DNA of 62,885 bases, counting the filler, from Octopus bimaculoides (lineage: Eukaryota): assembly GCF_001194135.2 (NCBI RefSeq). It is 6 parts of 5 records of this genome, joined end to end, with 100 filler letters (N's around TTAATTAATTAA, not from the genome) between each part and the next. Parts side by side here need not be neighbours in the genome. Positions count along the whole stretch, not along the records: positions 55,929 to 62,885 come from NC_069010.1; 5 more parts are not named here. One strand, 5' to 3'. The position numbers and the translations under genes are program-made. Below are positions 61,640 to 62,885 of the stretch, piece by piece. The notes beneath the pieces were generated by a model, which saw only the letters and a program-made list of their open reading frames with translations, made no database searches and was not told where the DNA came from. The number at the start of each line of letters is the position of its first letter. The first letter of the stretch is position 1.

Positions 61640-61830
61640 TGGGAGAATATACGAAAAAACAACAACAGACGAGGACAGGTGGTGTAAACAACAAAAGGAT
61701 GTATTAGTATGACGCTCGGGAATACGGAAAGTCTTTGACGTTTCGAGCTACGCTCTTCAACAGAAAGAATACGGAGACAAGGAGAAAAACAGGGAGAAAA
61801 AAAATTGAATAGTGTTCGGTCAACGGTCAA
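61640..61830 (-). mobile_element. Penelope-type terminal repeat
   Basis: Homologous to 39195-39330; carries the hammerhead-like motif below. Confidence 0.65.
61732..61768 (-). ncRNA. Minimal type I hammerhead-ribozyme-like motif with a U at core position 6
   Basis: Minus strand UCUUU-CUGUUGA-A-GAGC-GUA-GCUC-GAAA-C-GUC-AAAGA: perfect 5-bp stem I, 4-bp stem II, palindromic ACGU helix III and a GUC triplet. Confidence 0.55.
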
Positions 61831-61914
61831 TCAAAATATATTCATACACCTATTGAGTTCTATATTTTTCTATTTGCATTATCAAACTTATATATGTGTG
61901 TGTGTGTGTGTTTA

Positions 61915-61965
<51 letters not shown>

Positions 61966-62317
61966 TACTTAGTCTACTAGAAATGGCAGCTAGTCCAATC
62001 AGCCCTCAAATCACATCATGTAAGGGGAGGAAGCAGTGATGTGGGGAGGAGGTCACCACATGTATGAAAAATGGCTACTTACTGATCTATCATAGATCTA
62101 TTCGAGTGTTATTGATCTGGGGTTAAAGAACCTCATTAACGGTCGTCACCACCACCAACAAAAACAGAAACAAAAATACTACTATGGCATCCACCACCAA
62201 CACTATCATTACCATCATCATCATCGTCGTCATTATCACCAAACAAGGAATCTCAAGCAATCTGCAAGAAATAGTAGTCAAGTTTTCCCTCAAATTGCAC
62301 ACAAACATATACAAGCG

Positions 62318-62357
<40 letters not shown>

Positions 62358-62562
62358 CATGTGTGCAGGCATTAATGTCTTGGAAAACGTAAAACAAAAC
62401 AAAGGACACATTAGGTAATAGAATCCTAGATAGACAAGGCCAAAGGTAAAAACAAAAGAAAAAATAAATAAAAATAGATGAGATGGTCACATGGCTGGAA
62501 TGCCTTTTGATCATAGGTCTGCTGTTCAATTCAGGTCAGGACTGACCTAGGGTTAAACAATA

Positions 62563-62885
62563 ATGGCAACAACAACAACAACATTGCTTAATCACCCTAT
62601 CAAACAAGAACAACTCTCAACACCATCATCACCACCACCACCACCATCATCATCAAAACCACTACAAACACCACCACTTCTATCAACACTACCATTACTA
62701 CAATCATCATCAGCAACACCACCACCACCGCCGCCACCATCAATGAAGATCACTACCAGACATTGCCATCAACGCCAGCCCCTCAAACCAACAACTCTCT
62801 GGACCTTACCATTTCCAAAGGCAACACCATTGTCAACTCTGCGAAACCAAAGGGACAGGACACACCATGGGACTGCTTTCGCCCC
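62563..62885 (+). CDS. Unterminated ORF, Pro/Ser/Thr-rich; possible N-terminus of a transcription factor
   Basis: ATG with A at -3 and G at +4, open to the window end: MATTTTTLLNHPIKQEQLSTPSSPPPPP... It is absent from the ORF track, probably because it has no stop. Low complexity makes open frames likely by chance. Confidence 0.3.
   Translation, partial: MATTTTTLLNHPIKQEQLSTPSSPPPPPSSSKPLQTPPLLSTLPLLQSSSATPPPPPPPSMKITTRHCHQRQPLKPTTLWTLPFPKATPLSTLRNQRDRTHHGTAFA

Overview
This is AT-rich eukaryotic genomic DNA with many assembly gaps, dense in microsatellites and transposon debris. The tRNA-derived SINE families and repeat landscape look like a coleoid cephalopod, most likely Octopus; that is inferred from recalled repeat families, not from a database search. 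No host gene can be identified with confidence, and almost all ORFs in the supplied track are microsatellite or N-gap artefacts. Supported elements are: at least four tRNA-headed SINE families; RTE, CR1-like, L1/Tx1-like and restriction-like-endonuclease (R4/NeSL-type) LINE fragments; a Penelope GIY-YIG fragment and Penelope-type terminal repeats; Helitron helicase and termini; a Helentron-type (HINE) element; hAT, mariner and Tigger MITEs; and a DD37D (maT) transposase relic. The main candidates for a second look are: (1) minimal type I hammerhead-ribozyme motifs, two sharing a non-canonical CUGUUGA/AUGUUGA core; (2) two adjacent long inverted-repeat structures at 23.3-27.8 kb; (3) a complete C4HC3 PHD finger inserted in the RT region of an RTE LINE; (4) an RLE LINE flanked on both sides by (TACA)n; and (5) an unterminated ORF at the window end with transcription-factor-like motifs. 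The TTAATTAATTAA-in-N spacers are assembly artefacts.
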